DNA of 64,000 nt from an uncultured archaeon. GTDB lineage: Archaea; Nanobdellota; Nanobdellia; Woesearchaeales; UBA9642. The notes under the pieces are model-generated. The model saw only the letters and a program-made list of their open reading frames with translations, was not told the DNA's origin and did no database searches. The translations under genes and the position numbers were made by a program. Each line of letters begins with the position of its first letter. Positions within the stretch are counted from its first letter, which is position 1. This document shows, in pieces, positions 19,877 to 31,839 of the stretch. Location of the stretch: contig CAVZPN010000003.1 in assembly GCA_963777125.1 (NCBI GenBank), positions 32,503-96,502 of the forward strand. Direction: 5' to 3'.

Positions 19877-20443
19877 ATGGCAGACAAAGATAATGATAAA
19901 GAACCACAAAAGGTAAGATTAACAGGAATTCTTTGGAGTACCAAACTTGTTCTTGACATAATAAGAAATCTATTGATAATTATTGTTATGATTGCAATTT
20001 TAGTGGCAATAATAATATTAATTCCTAAAGTAAGCGAGCAACTAAAGACATTTGGAGAATTACAAAGTTCTATGAATGATAAACTAGGTTCTTTAGGTAG
20101 CGATATAGGCAGTAGTGATAAAAGCAATTCAAACTACGATCCTAATAATAACAATAATCAAATAACAGACTACAATAAACAAACAACAAATAATCAACCA
20201 TCTAACACTAATGATGGCTCTAAAACAAGTCTTAGTGAAAAATTAGGAGATTTACCAGTACAATTACAAGATGCAGCAAAAACTAATAACTGGGATGAAG
20301 CAGCAAAATTATTAGATATTATGGAGACTAAAATTCCGCCAAATTCTCCCGAATACTCAAGTGTTGCAGACAAATTCCAATTATTAGATCAAGCAATACT
20401 GAATAAAGATGCATTACTAGTGGAGAAAATTATTAACAGTTAA
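19877..20443 (+). CDS. Single-pass membrane protein with Asn/Ser-rich linker
   Basis: One N-terminal TM helix, low-complexity linker, helical C-terminus. Confidence 0.6.
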   Translation: MADKDNDKEPQKVRLTGILWSTKLVLDIIRNLLIIIVMIAILVAIIILIPKVSEQLKTFGELQSSMNDKLGSLGSDIGSSDKSNSNYDPNNNNNQITDYNKQTTNNQPSNTNDGSKTSLSEKLGDLPVQLQDAAKTNNWDEAAKLLDIMETKIPPNSPEYSSVADKFQLLDQAILNKDALLVEKIINS

Positions 20444-20500
20444 TTTCTTATATGATAAAAAAAGAATATTTTTAAACGAATAGGACAATAGAGAACTATA

Positions 20501-21046
20501 ATGGTAAAACAATCTAAAAATATTCAAGATCGTAAAAGTAATGATGTTAACCTTACAGCAATGGAATATTTCTTAAGTGATGTATTTAACAATTATCTTA
20601 TAACTAAAAACCATGTTGAAACCAAACTTAATTGGCTCCTTGGAATATCAGGAGTTATTATAAGTGTTTCACTGCCGTGGATTATTCATAAAGATCAAGC
20701 AATAAATTATTGGATATTATTAATTGTAGCATTTAGTGCATTTGTATGTTTCTTAATTTGCCTATTAAGTTTAGAGCTTCCAAATTGGGTGTTAAGAAAA
20801 CAACATAAGGATGGAAGTGTAATGTTTTATAATACTAAAAAAATTTTATCAGCACAAGATATTCATGAACAATTACTAAGTATCAAATCACGAGAAGATT
20901 TACTTAATCAATATTCAATAAACATATATAACGTAGTTGAACGTAACATCAAAGTAAAAAACAGATTATTCAAAATTGCATGTAATATTTTAGTTATTGG
21001 ACTAGTAGCAGGATTTATAGCAATATTAATAACCACACTTTTCTAG
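20501..21046 (+). CDS. Pycsar-effector (PycTM/DUF5706)-like membrane protein
   Basis: VETKLNWLLGISGVII, TM2, SVMFY, LLNQYSINIY...IKVKNRLF..A, TM3; matches the PycTM layout. Confidence 0.6.
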   Translation: MVKQSKNIQDRKSNDVNLTAMEYFLSDVFNNYLITKNHVETKLNWLLGISGVIISVSLPWIIHKDQAINYWILLIVAFSAFVCFLICLLSLELPNWVLRKQHKDGSVMFYNTKKILSAQDIHEQLLSIKSREDLLNQYSINIYNVVERNIKVKNRLFKIACNILVIGLVAGFIAILITTLF

Positions 21047-21071
21047 AAACTAAGCTCATAACAAAAACTAA

Positions 21072-22106
21072 TCAAGCAATTAATTCAGATTTCTTCTTAA
21101 AATTTTCTGGACGTATATAGAATACTACTGTTTCATATTGACTAACTATTCCGAACTTTTTCTTGTATGCAAGTAATTTTTCATCACTGCTGCCAAAATC
21201 AACAAAATCATAACCAAATTTTTTTAATTCATCAAAAAATGTTATTGTTAAAAAATCGCCAAGTTCAGGCAAGGAATAATCATTAAGATTAATACTGTAA
21301 TACACCGTCTTATTATTTGTATTTGGAACAATCCATGCGGCTGCTGTCCCACAAAGAACACCATCAATTTTAAGTGCAATATGAACATCCGAGCCTAAAA
21401 AGCCATTTTTAAAAAAATTTATGTATTCATCATAATAAGCTCTATCATTACATTTTCTATTCTTACGCCAAGAATGAACTAATTTTTCATAAGATTCAAT
21501 TGGAACAGTATAAACTTCATCCATTTTCAAAATTTCAATCTTATAAGTTCTATAATACCTATTCTTACACTTTCTTAGATTACTAAATTTGGATCCTTCA
21601 AGTAAGGGATTCCACTCAACTAAGGAAGTTAAAGGAGTATAAAATTTATGAGTAATATTTCCTGCAACTAATTTACCTAGATGTATTCCTTTATCTATAT
21701 TTAGATTAGGTAATTCTTTTAATATTTTTTTTCTAGAATTTGGATAAAATTCTACAAGTATCTTACTACAAACTTCATTTTCAAATAAATATTTTAGAAA
21801 CTTCAACAATAATTGCGAACGTTCTTTTTCTGGAGCCATAATTTCTGAAACTATCTGCCACTCAGTATCATCCCATTCAGTACAAAATAAGCCCATATCA
21901 TCTCCGAATGAGACAAAATAAGGTTTAGTTTTTTCTCCATTATCAGAGGAAAGTAAATACAAATAATTATGTTCTGGAGCAAAACCATTTTTTGCAATAA
22001 CTCTATTAATCATATCTATAACTTCAGAAGTTTTAATATTCTTATATATATAAAGGCCATAATTCTTTTGAATATCTTCAGAAGTTATATTGGTTGTAGT
22101 AGTCAT
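21072..22106 (-). CDS. DUF2156/MprF C-terminal-like (aminoacyl-tRNA-dependent GNAT-fold) transferase, paralog 2
   Basis: C-terminal YDFVDFGSSDEKLLAYKKKF; GSKFSNLRKCKNR; homologous to 22333-23250. Confidence 0.6.
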   Translation of the reverse strand: MTTTTNITSEDIQKNYGLYIYKNIKTSEVIDMINRVIAKNGFAPEHNYLYLLSSDNGEKTKPYFVSFGDDMGLFCTEWDDTEWQIVSEIMAPEKERSQLLLKFLKYLFENEVCSKILVEFYPNSRKKILKELPNLNIDKGIHLGKLVAGNITHKFYTPLTSLVEWNPLLEGSKFSNLRKCKNRYYRTYKIEILKMDEVYTVPIESYEKLVHSWRKNRKCNDRAYYDEYINFFKNGFLGSDVHIALKIDGVLCGTAAAWIVPNTNNKTVYYSINLNDYSLPELGDFLTITFFDELKKFGYDFVDFGSSDEKLLAYKKKFGIVSQYETVVFYIRPENFKKKSELIA

Positions 22107-22185
22107 TTTATTTATATCTATTTAGCTAGTTCAAATCTATCAAATCTAACCAACTCTTTTTATTTTTTATTATTCTTAAAGTTAT

Positions 22186-22332
22186 TGCAAAGTTCTTGTT
22201 CGCTTCGCTCACATTGTGCCAGTTCGCAATTCTATTATTTATCTATATGCAAATTCACTCTTGCAATCTCTCTTTGCATTAGATTATTTATTTGTAATTG
22301 CTCACAAATTGGCACCACATACGAACTTTGCA
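22186..22332. repeat. REP/MITE-like palindromic element A
   Basis: Perfect 10-bp TIR TGCAAAGTTC/GAACTTTGCA, inner imperfect stems, CGCTTCGCTC motif; homologous to 60266-60416. Confidence 0.75.
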
Positions 22333-23250
22333 CTAACATTTATTCTTAACAATTGAAAAAACATAAGTATTGTAATAACTTGTTGGATGAAATTTCTTCT
22401 TAAATGTTGTGAGTGTTTCTTCTCCACCACCAAAATCAACAAATTCATAGCCATCTTTTTTAAGTTCCATTAAATCATCCATATTGCATATCTCGCCCGT
22501 ACGTTCAACATCCCTTAAATATAACCCTATTGAAGAATAATAATAACCAGACTTCGGCGTAACAAAACCTGCAGTGATTGCTGAAACTACTCCATCAACA
22601 ACCATTATTCGGGTCTTAAAACCTTTGAAATCATTGTTAATGGCATTCAAATAACATTTGTAAAAAGTTTGACGCGAACCAGTTCTTTGTTTTTTCCATT
22701 TCATAACTAATTCTATTAATTGCGATTTATCAAAATCTGAAGCCGTTTTAAATTCCACTTTATGCTCGCGAAAATACTTGTTCCAGTAATTTCGCATATC
22801 TTTCCAATCCTTGCCTTGCATTAAATTACCATTCCAATCTTTCATATTAAAAACTGGCCAAGTAAATGTTACAAGCACTTTTCGTGCTGTATAATTTTTA
22901 TTTTTTTTAAAATTTAATAAAATCTCATTTCTAAATTCTAAGTCAGTTTCAATTTCTACTTTCTTTGTACCATGCGATGTTACATAATCTAAAAAAGCAA
23001 TTAAACAATTTAATCTAGACTCGGATTTTGCAATTATCGATGAATAAAGCCTATAACTAGAAGTTTTAGCGTGATAAAATGTTAAAATTCCTTCAGACTC
23101 ACTCATCTTAAAAAATATTGGTTCTTCAGAAGAATCACAATTGTAAATATAATTATAGTAATTATGTTCAGCACAATATCCTTTTCCTAAAATTAACTTT
23201 TTTATTTGATCTTCATTAGTTAATGCATTTAATAATTCCATAAATATCAC
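22333..23250 (-). CDS. DUF2156/MprF C-terminal-like transferase, paralog 1
   Basis: YCAEHNY, GKDWKDMRNYWNKY, C-terminal YEFVDFGGGEETLTTFKKKFHP. Confidence 0.6.
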   Translation of the reverse strand: MIFMELLNALTNEDQIKKLILGKGYCAEHNYYNYIYNCDSSEEPIFFKMSESEGILTFYHAKTSSYRLYSSIIAKSESRLNCLIAFLDYVTSHGTKKVEIETDLEFRNEILLNFKKNKNYTARKVLVTFTWPVFNMKDWNGNLMQGKDWKDMRNYWNKYFREHKVEFKTASDFDKSQLIELVMKWKKQRTGSRQTFYKCYLNAINNDFKGFKTRIMVVDGVVSAITAGFVTPKSGYYYSSIGLYLRDVERTGEICNMDDLMELKKDGYEFVDFGGGEETLTTFKKKFHPTSYYNTYVFSIVKNKC

Positions 23251-23255
23251 GCAAT

Positions 23256-24653
23256 CTAGAATTTACATCCAGCATATCTGTCTTTAAATGTTTCTTCAGT
23301 TTTAACTATCGTTAATGTTAATTTATTATTATTGCTCTTATTACTCTTACTGTTTTCATTGCCTTTAGTATTTTTATTAGATCCACTAAATGCAACATAT
23401 TTAGAAATAGGTCTTTGCCATCTCCATGCTGTTGAAAATGCGTATGCACCTTGATTTAATACTGCAATTACATCGCCTTTTTTTAATTTATCACCAAAAT
23501 ACCAAGAGCCCCAATGATCCGAGGGATCACATAATGGACCATTAATTTTAGTAGTATTTAATTCTAAAGAAGGCCTTGAGATATTTATTACAGGATAATA
23601 CTCTTCTTCAAATAAACTATATCCGAGTAAATTAAATCCGCCATCAACTAATATTGCATCATCTTTAACAGAATCAACAGTTAGAAGTATTGTTGTTGGC
23701 AGAGAAGACAAGCTTCTTCCAGGTTCGAGCCATATTTCAGGAGTAATATTTAACTTTTTATTTATGTATTCTTTTATTACAATTCCTATACCTGTTGCAA
23801 AATCATGAATACTTGCAGGAATTTCGATATTATCTTTAATACTCACACTTTCAAAAGGCATTATGCCTCCACCAATGTCAATAAATTTCAAATTCTTTAA
23901 TTCTAGATTTGTAAAATTATTCTTTAAAAAATCAGATATCATCTTCAAATTATTTACGTAAGAATCAGAATTTATATTCCAACTCTTATGGAAATGCACT
24001 CCAACCCAAGACAAATTTTTATTTTTCAGAGTTTCTTTTGCAAGTATTAAAAAATCATTTAATTCAAGCCCGAATTTTTTCCAAGAATCAAGAGCATATA
24101 TTCTAAAAGAAAGTTTTGCAATCTTAATTTTACTTTTAGTATCTTTTTTATTTGAATTCTTCGCGTATAATTCTACAATCCTAGAAAATTCAGAAACATT
24201 ATCAACATTAATTATAACATTATTATGTAGAGCAAATTCAAGTTCTTCATCAGATTTGTATGGTGCAGTGTAGATTATTTCTTTAAATTTTAATTTTACT
24301 GCAAGTCGCATTTCAAACATACATGAAACATCTGCGCCAACGCCTTGCTTTTGTAATAAACTAATCATATACGGTAAATCATTGCTTTTGAATGCATAGA
24401 ATAATTTGGATTGAGGAATTGCAGCTGAAAATTCAGATTTAATATTATTTAGATTATCAATCAATAAATCTTCGTCGAGTAAATACTGTGGTGTGCCATG
24501 AATCTTTGCACTTTGTAAAAATATTTCTTTATTTAAAGTCGCATAACTAACAAAAGGCTTTAGAAGATTAACTCTTGAAATTTCTGTATCAGTACCTACG
24601 TTATTTTTAGTTATATTTTTCATTTTCGCGACAATATAAATACACACATACAT
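23256..24653 (-). CDS. Fold-type III PLP-dependent decarboxylase (LysA/ODC family)
   Basis: GTPQYL, YAFKSN (PLP Lys), WKKFG, FIDIGGG, EPGR, GPLCDPSD, QGAY. Confidence 0.85.
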   Translation of the reverse strand: MYVCIYIVAKMKNITKNNVGTDTEISRVNLLKPFVSYATLNKEIFLQSAKIHGTPQYLLDEDLLIDNLNNIKSEFSAAIPQSKLFYAFKSNDLPYMISLLQKQGVGADVSCMFEMRLAVKLKFKEIIYTAPYKSDEELEFALHNNVIINVDNVSEFSRIVELYAKNSNKKDTKSKIKIAKLSFRIYALDSWKKFGLELNDFLILAKETLKNKNLSWVGVHFHKSWNINSDSYVNNLKMISDFLKNNFTNLELKNLKFIDIGGGIMPFESVSIKDNIEIPASIHDFATGIGIVIKEYINKKLNITPEIWLEPGRSLSSLPTTILLTVDSVKDDAILVDGGFNLLGYSLFEEEYYPVINISRPSLELNTTKINGPLCDPSDHWGSWYFGDKLKKGDVIAVLNQGAYAFSTAWRWQRPISKYVAFSGSNKNTKGNENSKSNKSNNNKLTLTIVKTEETFKDRYAGCKF

Positions 24654-24719
24654 TTGGAATTATAAATATTATCCTATTAATAATCTATATCCTATTACTC
24701 AAATACATTTAACTAACAA

Positions 24720-26156
24720 TTATTCAACCTTAATAACAACATTATCTCTGATTAATTTAGTAACCTTATCTATGTCTTTAATTTTAACATTGTCAACTAT
24801 AACATGACCAACTATCGGAGGATTTGTTACAAGGCCAGAAGATTTGATCACATCATTACACTTATTGTATAAAACTATATCTTTATTTGATAAATTATTG
24901 AATACAGCATCAATATCTTTAATACTACTTGAATCTTTTAATTTTAAAATATTCTTAGTTTCAAATTTAGTTAACACTCCAGGTTTGGGTGCAATTAAAT
25001 ACACAATCATACTACTTCCTTTTGGAAGTGTTTTAAATGAATTCAAATCAATTGTACCAAAAATATTTCTTAGAGCAATATTAATACTAGTATAACTATA
25101 ATGTTTTGACATTAAATTAATGAAATCATCAACGCCAGGTCTTGTTGTAACTTCAATTACAACTATTTTTTTAGTCTTTTTATCAAATCTAAAATCCATC
25201 ATACATATTCCTGTTGTTATATTAAGAGATTTTGCAACATTAACACAAACATTCTTTAAATAAGATGCTTGAAATTCAGAATCTTTATCTTCGTTAGGAT
25301 TAAATAAGTATAATCCTTCAAAAAATGGAAAATAATCTTTACTAACTAATTTTTTTACCACACGTAATAAGATTAATTCTTTGCCATCAATTCCTAGAAG
25401 AAAATCACAAGAATACTCATTACCATCAATAAATTCTTCAATAATAAAATCATTATCAACCTTGGTGTCTTTCTTTGTAACCTTTGAAACAGTGGCCTTA
25501 TTAACATTAGCCAAATTCTTAGTTACATTTACATCCTTATTCACATTACTAACATTAGTAAGCGATAAAATTTCTCCATGACCTTTAAATTCTTGTAACT
25601 TGATAAAATTATTCTTCAAATCTTGAAGAGTATTATTTTTATATACACCTAAACTTGAAATGCCTTTAACAGGCTTAATTACTGAAGGTAATTTAAAATC
25701 TTTTATATCATTATAAGTATTAAATAATCTAAAGTCTGGAACATCAACACCATTTTTCTTTAACTGTTCTATTTGCTGACATTTACTTGAAACCAACTTT
25801 AGTGTTTCAATAGAATTTGATGGAAGATTAAAAAAGTCAGCAATTTTCTTAGAAAAATTATAATCATATTCTTCATCAAGACCAATTATACCGCAAAAGT
25901 CGTTCTTAAAGCTATTTTTAAAATTAACAAGTTTTTTTATCAAAATATCTACATTCTTAAAATCATCAAAAAGAAAATTAACACAATACTTTTTTTTATT
26001 AATAATATTATCTTTTTTAGAATCTTTAAGAGTATTTGTGACTATAAGAATATTTTCTTTAAACTCGATAGAATTAACAATAGATTCAAAATCTTCTATT
26101 ATTAAATCGTTTAGCAACACTAATGCTACTTTTTTCCCCAACTTGCTTTTTATCAT
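24720..26156 (-). CDS. ATP-grasp ligase (L-amino-acid ligase-like)
   Basis: PSVIKPVKGISSLGV, FIIEEFIDGNEYS, MMDFRFD, IEVTTRPG. Confidence 0.75.
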   Translation of the reverse strand: MIKSKLGKKVALVLLNDLIIEDFESIVNSIEFKENILIVTNTLKDSKKDNIINKKKYCVNFLFDDFKNVDILIKKLVNFKNSFKNDFCGIIGLDEEYDYNFSKKIADFFNLPSNSIETLKLVSSKCQQIEQLKKNGVDVPDFRLFNTYNDIKDFKLPSVIKPVKGISSLGVYKNNTLQDLKNNFIKLQEFKGHGEILSLTNVSNVNKDVNVTKNLANVNKATVSKVTKKDTKVDNDFIIEEFIDGNEYSCDFLLGIDGKELILLRVVKKLVSKDYFPFFEGLYLFNPNEDKDSEFQASYLKNVCVNVAKSLNITTGICMMDFRFDKKTKKIVVIEVTTRPGVDDFINLMSKHYSYTSINIALRNIFGTIDLNSFKTLPKGSSMIVYLIAPKPGVLTKFETKNILKLKDSSSIKDIDAVFNNLSNKDIVLYNKCNDVIKSSGLVTNPPIVGHVIVDNVKIKDIDKVTKLIRDNVVIKVE

Positions 26157-26167
26157 TTAATTATTAT

Positions 26168-27484
26168 TTATTTTACTAAATATCCCCAAGTTTTAAGTTT
26201 ATTAATTTCTTTTGTCATTTTATTACCAATGTCAATTCTATAATACATATTTGGTATCATAATATTTTTTACTCGCTTATAAGCTATCTTCTGAGCTTGT
26301 TTCATTGTAAGACCACTTCCACAAACAATAAGTGGCCAACCTTCTGTTCCACTAACAACCCAATCATTATTAAGTTTTTTAACTTCTAAAATATGAACTC
26401 CTTGTGGATTTGGATTAGTTTTATCTTTCTTAAAATGAATTATTGCTCCCTTAGATTTAACTTCAAATAATTCAACATCATTAAATGGATACGGGGGAAC
26501 AAATACACAAACTCCAACTTGGAATCCGTCCTTAGTTTTAAATTCAGTAAATTCTTCATTTACAAGACCATATAAGAAATTATCAATTCCATCAACTATT
26601 CCTTCTTGTTGTATACTAATTGTTGGATAACCAAATCTTGAAGTAAATTCTAATGGATATACTCCTTTTTCATTTACTATGCAATTCAAATCAAAATAAC
26701 CAACATAACCAGTTTCAGAAAGTTTTGATTCCATTTTTTTTAATGTATCATCAAAAATCTTATTTGACATCGACCAAAACATTGATGTTCCCATTTCGCC
26801 AGTTGTTGGACCAATGTCTCCCGGGAAAAATCTTTTGTGTTCAAAATTAATATTTATTGGAAGTACAAATTGTTTTCCATTGAAAAATGCTCCAACAGCA
26901 ATTTCTACACCAATAACTCTTTTTTGAAGTTGAATGGCAGGAATTTTATGACCCCAAGCTTTTTTATATTCAGAAAGTAATTGAATAACATCTTTACCAT
27001 TCTGTTCTTCACCAATAAATAATAAGCCAATATGCTGAACAGTCTTATCGCCACTTGGTTTCATTACATATTGCGCTGGATTCTTCTTAATATAATCAAT
27101 TGCTAAATCAAAATCTTCAAAGTTTTTATTAGGGATAGTTGCAATCCCAAATTTCTCAAGTTCAGTTTGACCAAAATCTCTATCTTCCTCAAGTTTATCA
27201 GTATATACTGAGCCACCGATTACTTTTTTTCCTTTCAAGCGTAATTCTTCTGCAACTTTACCATAACCAACGTTATCAAATATAATTACATCAGCCCAAT
27301 CAATAAATTCTTTCCAATCTTTAATATGTTCTACAAATCCTTGCCCAATCTCACTAGTTTTTTCTTCAGCATCATCAATACAAAATTTTACTTCATTACC
27401 AAGAGCAGTAATTTTTGCGGCAAGACCAATAGAATCACCATAATATGATACAATTAAAAACTTTTTACTCATAAATATCCCCAA
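26168..27484 (-). CDS. PurD-like ATP-grasp ligase (divergent)
   Basis: YVMKPSG, EHKRFFPGDIGPTTGEMG (PurD: DHKR..DGDTGPNTGGMG), LEFTSRFGYP (PurD: EFNxRFGDP). Confidence 0.75.
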   Translation of the reverse strand: MGIFMSKKFLIVSYYGDSIGLAAKITALGNEVKFCIDDAEEKTSEIGQGFVEHIKDWKEFIDWADVIIFDNVGYGKVAEELRLKGKKVIGGSVYTDKLEEDRDFGQTELEKFGIATIPNKNFEDFDLAIDYIKKNPAQYVMKPSGDKTVQHIGLLFIGEEQNGKDVIQLLSEYKKAWGHKIPAIQLQKRVIGVEIAVGAFFNGKQFVLPININFEHKRFFPGDIGPTTGEMGTSMFWSMSNKIFDDTLKKMESKLSETGYVGYFDLNCIVNEKGVYPLEFTSRFGYPTISIQQEGIVDGIDNFLYGLVNEEFTEFKTKDGFQVGVCVFVPPYPFNDVELFEVKSKGAIIHFKKDKTNPNPQGVHILEVKKLNNDWVVSGTEGWPLIVCGSGLTMKQAQKIAYKRVKNIMIPNMYYRIDIGNKMTKEINKLKTWGYLVK

Positions 27485-27611
27485 TATATTATTACAATAG
27501 CATTATAAAAATTTATAACATTATAAATCTTTCTAGTCATCGGCATAAGATATTATTAAACAATGTAATGAATAATAAATAACTCGGAAATTTTCAATAA
27601 TATTTTAAGAA

Positions 27612-28772
27612 TTACAATATTATATCTGGATCAAACTTCACTTTATCTTTTGATCTAGAGTTTTCAGAAAGTGTTTTGATAGGAGCTACTTCAGTTTTTA
27701 CTTCAGTTTTTATCTCAGCCTTCGGATTCATAGTACTTGAACTTTTTGGCATTGACATAACTTTTATAGTCATATTATTTCTTTCAAGTGCTTCATTAAA
27801 GATTTTTAATATTAAATCATTATAACTCATACCCGCCTTAGTTGCGGCAAATGGAATAAATTCTGGTTGTTCATCAAGATTAGTTGATGGACTTATTCCT
27901 GGATTTGGATTTAATTCTAAAACGTATGGAACTCCTTCTTTACTTAATCTAAAATCAACTCTACCATAATCTCTTGATCCTAGTATATCATATACTTGTA
28001 ATGCAATTCTCTTAATTCGATATTCTTGATACTTAGGTAAATCTGCTGGACACTCTATTGCAACATTTTTCCATGATTCAGTATCTTTTAACCATTTAGC
28101 TTCATAACTGTAAATCTTATCTTCTTCAGGCCAATTCTTGAATAATACTTCTGATAGCGGAAGTATAGTTGCGCTTCTGCCATTACCTAAAATTCCAACG
28201 GTAATTTCCTTACCATCAATAAATTCTTCAACTAATGCAGGTTGATCGTAAGTTCTTAAGATAAATCCTATTCTGCTTCGAAGTGATTCTTCATCTTTAA
28301 CAACAGAATCATTAGTTATACCAATACTATTATCCATACATACTGGCTTTACTATTAAGGGAAATTTTAATTCAGGATCTAATTTCTTATTTCTTGAATA
28401 GAATACTTGATAGTTAGGTGTTAATATACCATGATGCATAAGAATTTCTTTTACTCTAACTTTATTAATACATGTTGCAAGTGTTAATGGGCCTGAACCA
28501 GTATAAGGAATGTTTAATAATTCAAGCATTGACGCGATGTGTGGTTCAAATAAACTACTACCATTAAATCTTTCACATACATTAAATGCGAATTCAACAT
28601 CAGAATTTCTTAATTCTTCAAAAGTTGTCTCATTAACATCAAAGAATACTGCCTCATGACCTGCGCTTTCAAGTGCTGTCTTTACTGCAGTTCCAAATTC
28701 CATTAAATCGCTTTCAACTTCTTTGTAATCAGATTCTTTCTTAAAAACATTAGATAAGATAGCAACTTTCAT
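27612..28772 (-). CDS. D-Ala-D-Ala ligase-like ATP-grasp protein (non-canonical)
   Basis: LNIPYTGSG, NKVRVK, PLIVKP, ALVEEFIDGKE, YSYEAKW, GRVDFR, LELNPNPG. Confidence 0.8.
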   Translation of the reverse strand: MKVAILSNVFKKESDYKEVESDLMEFGTAVKTALESAGHEAVFFDVNETTFEELRNSDVEFAFNVCERFNGSSLFEPHIASMLELLNIPYTGSGPLTLATCINKVRVKEILMHHGILTPNYQVFYSRNKKLDPELKFPLIVKPVCMDNSIGITNDSVVKDEESLRSRIGFILRTYDQPALVEEFIDGKEITVGILGNGRSATILPLSEVLFKNWPEEDKIYSYEAKWLKDTESWKNVAIECPADLPKYQEYRIKRIALQVYDILGSRDYGRVDFRLSKEGVPYVLELNPNPGISPSTNLDEQPEFIPFAATKAGMSYNDLILKIFNEALERNNMTIKVMSMPKSSSTMNPKAEIKTEVKTEVAPIKTLSENSRSKDKVKFDPDIIL

Positions 28773-29357
28773 TAATAATCACCGTTAGAATAATGAGAAT
28801 CAACATAATCACTGTATGTTGAATTTAAATTTAGATTAAAAATTAACAATTCTAATAATTTGTTAAACAGTGTTTGTTTGGTTTGCATAATTAATCGACT
28901 TTTAAAAGTTAAAAACTTTTTAATTACAATAAAAATTTATAATTATTATAATTTATTACATTTTAGTTAGAGAACTCATTTATATAGTTTCTTATTTAAC
29001 GAATCGACGGTAAATGATATTTTCAATAGAAAAATCATAAATTTCCGACGAAGAAAAATTATTGAAAAAAAATACAAAATAAGAAAAATAATTTTAGAAA
29101 AAAGAAAATCGAAACAAAATAAAAATAAAACAAAAATAAAATATTATAAAAAATAAACATATCAAACAAATTATCGACGTTAAAACAAATAAATAACAAC
29201 GACAAAATTTATAAACAAAAGTTGAATGCTATAATAAGAAAAATAATTGAGTGAAGACTTAACTTAAGTCAAAATTAATAATTATTTCAAATAATAAGTA
29301 TCTTAACAAGTAATATTAAACGTAAATACTATTAAATAATATTAACAAGGGAGTTAA

Positions 29358-31370
<2,013 letters not shown>

Positions 31371-31407
31371 TAACAATATTCTAAAAGCTATTAACCTAAT
31401 AGAGATA

Positions 31408-31839
31408 TTAGTCTAAATAAGTATAACTTCTAGCCAAATTAAGAATAATTTTGTTCTTTGGTAACGCTTCAATATCTTTAAATAAATTATCTAAAATAGA
31501 CTCATACCTTTTATCACAAAACGTTATAATTATATCTTTTTTAAAAGGCTTATTATAAACACATACAATTTGCGCAATATCTTTTTTCAAAGTAAAGTCA
31601 GTAATATGCCATTTACCTATTTTTAATGATTTAATATTTTTTTCCCATATATAATAATTATCAGAAATATCATCTAAATCAGAATTTGATTTTAAAATCA
31701 TACCTCCACCAATAAGCCTAGAAGGATAAAATGATTTAAGATTAGTTAATATACTATGTCCAACTACTCTTCCCATATCTCTAGAAGTATAATGTTCTGA
31801 ATCATTTATCAAATCAACAAGATAGTTATTTTCATTCAT
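31408..31839 (-). CDS. Hypothetical protein
   Basis: 143-aa ORF with GGGGA RBS-like sequence. Confidence 0.55.
   Translation of the reverse strand: MNENNYLVDLINDSEHYTSRDMGRVVGHSILTNLKSFYPSRLIGGGMILKSNSDLDDISDNYYIWEKNIKSLKIGKWHITDFTLKKDIAQIVCVYNKPFKKDIIITFCDKRYESILDNLFKDIEALPKNKIILNLARSYTYLD

Noticed and set aside
25470-25570. Asn/Val/Lys-rich inserts in the ATP-grasp and decarboxylase proteins as inteins or functional repeats
   Set aside because: Short low-complexity loops without intein motifs; similar Asn-rich stretches occur in several genes of this AT-rich genome.
26168-27484. Annotating as purD, ddl (27612) or lysA (23256)
   Set aside because: Key motifs diverge and the pathway context is missing, so gene symbols were withheld.
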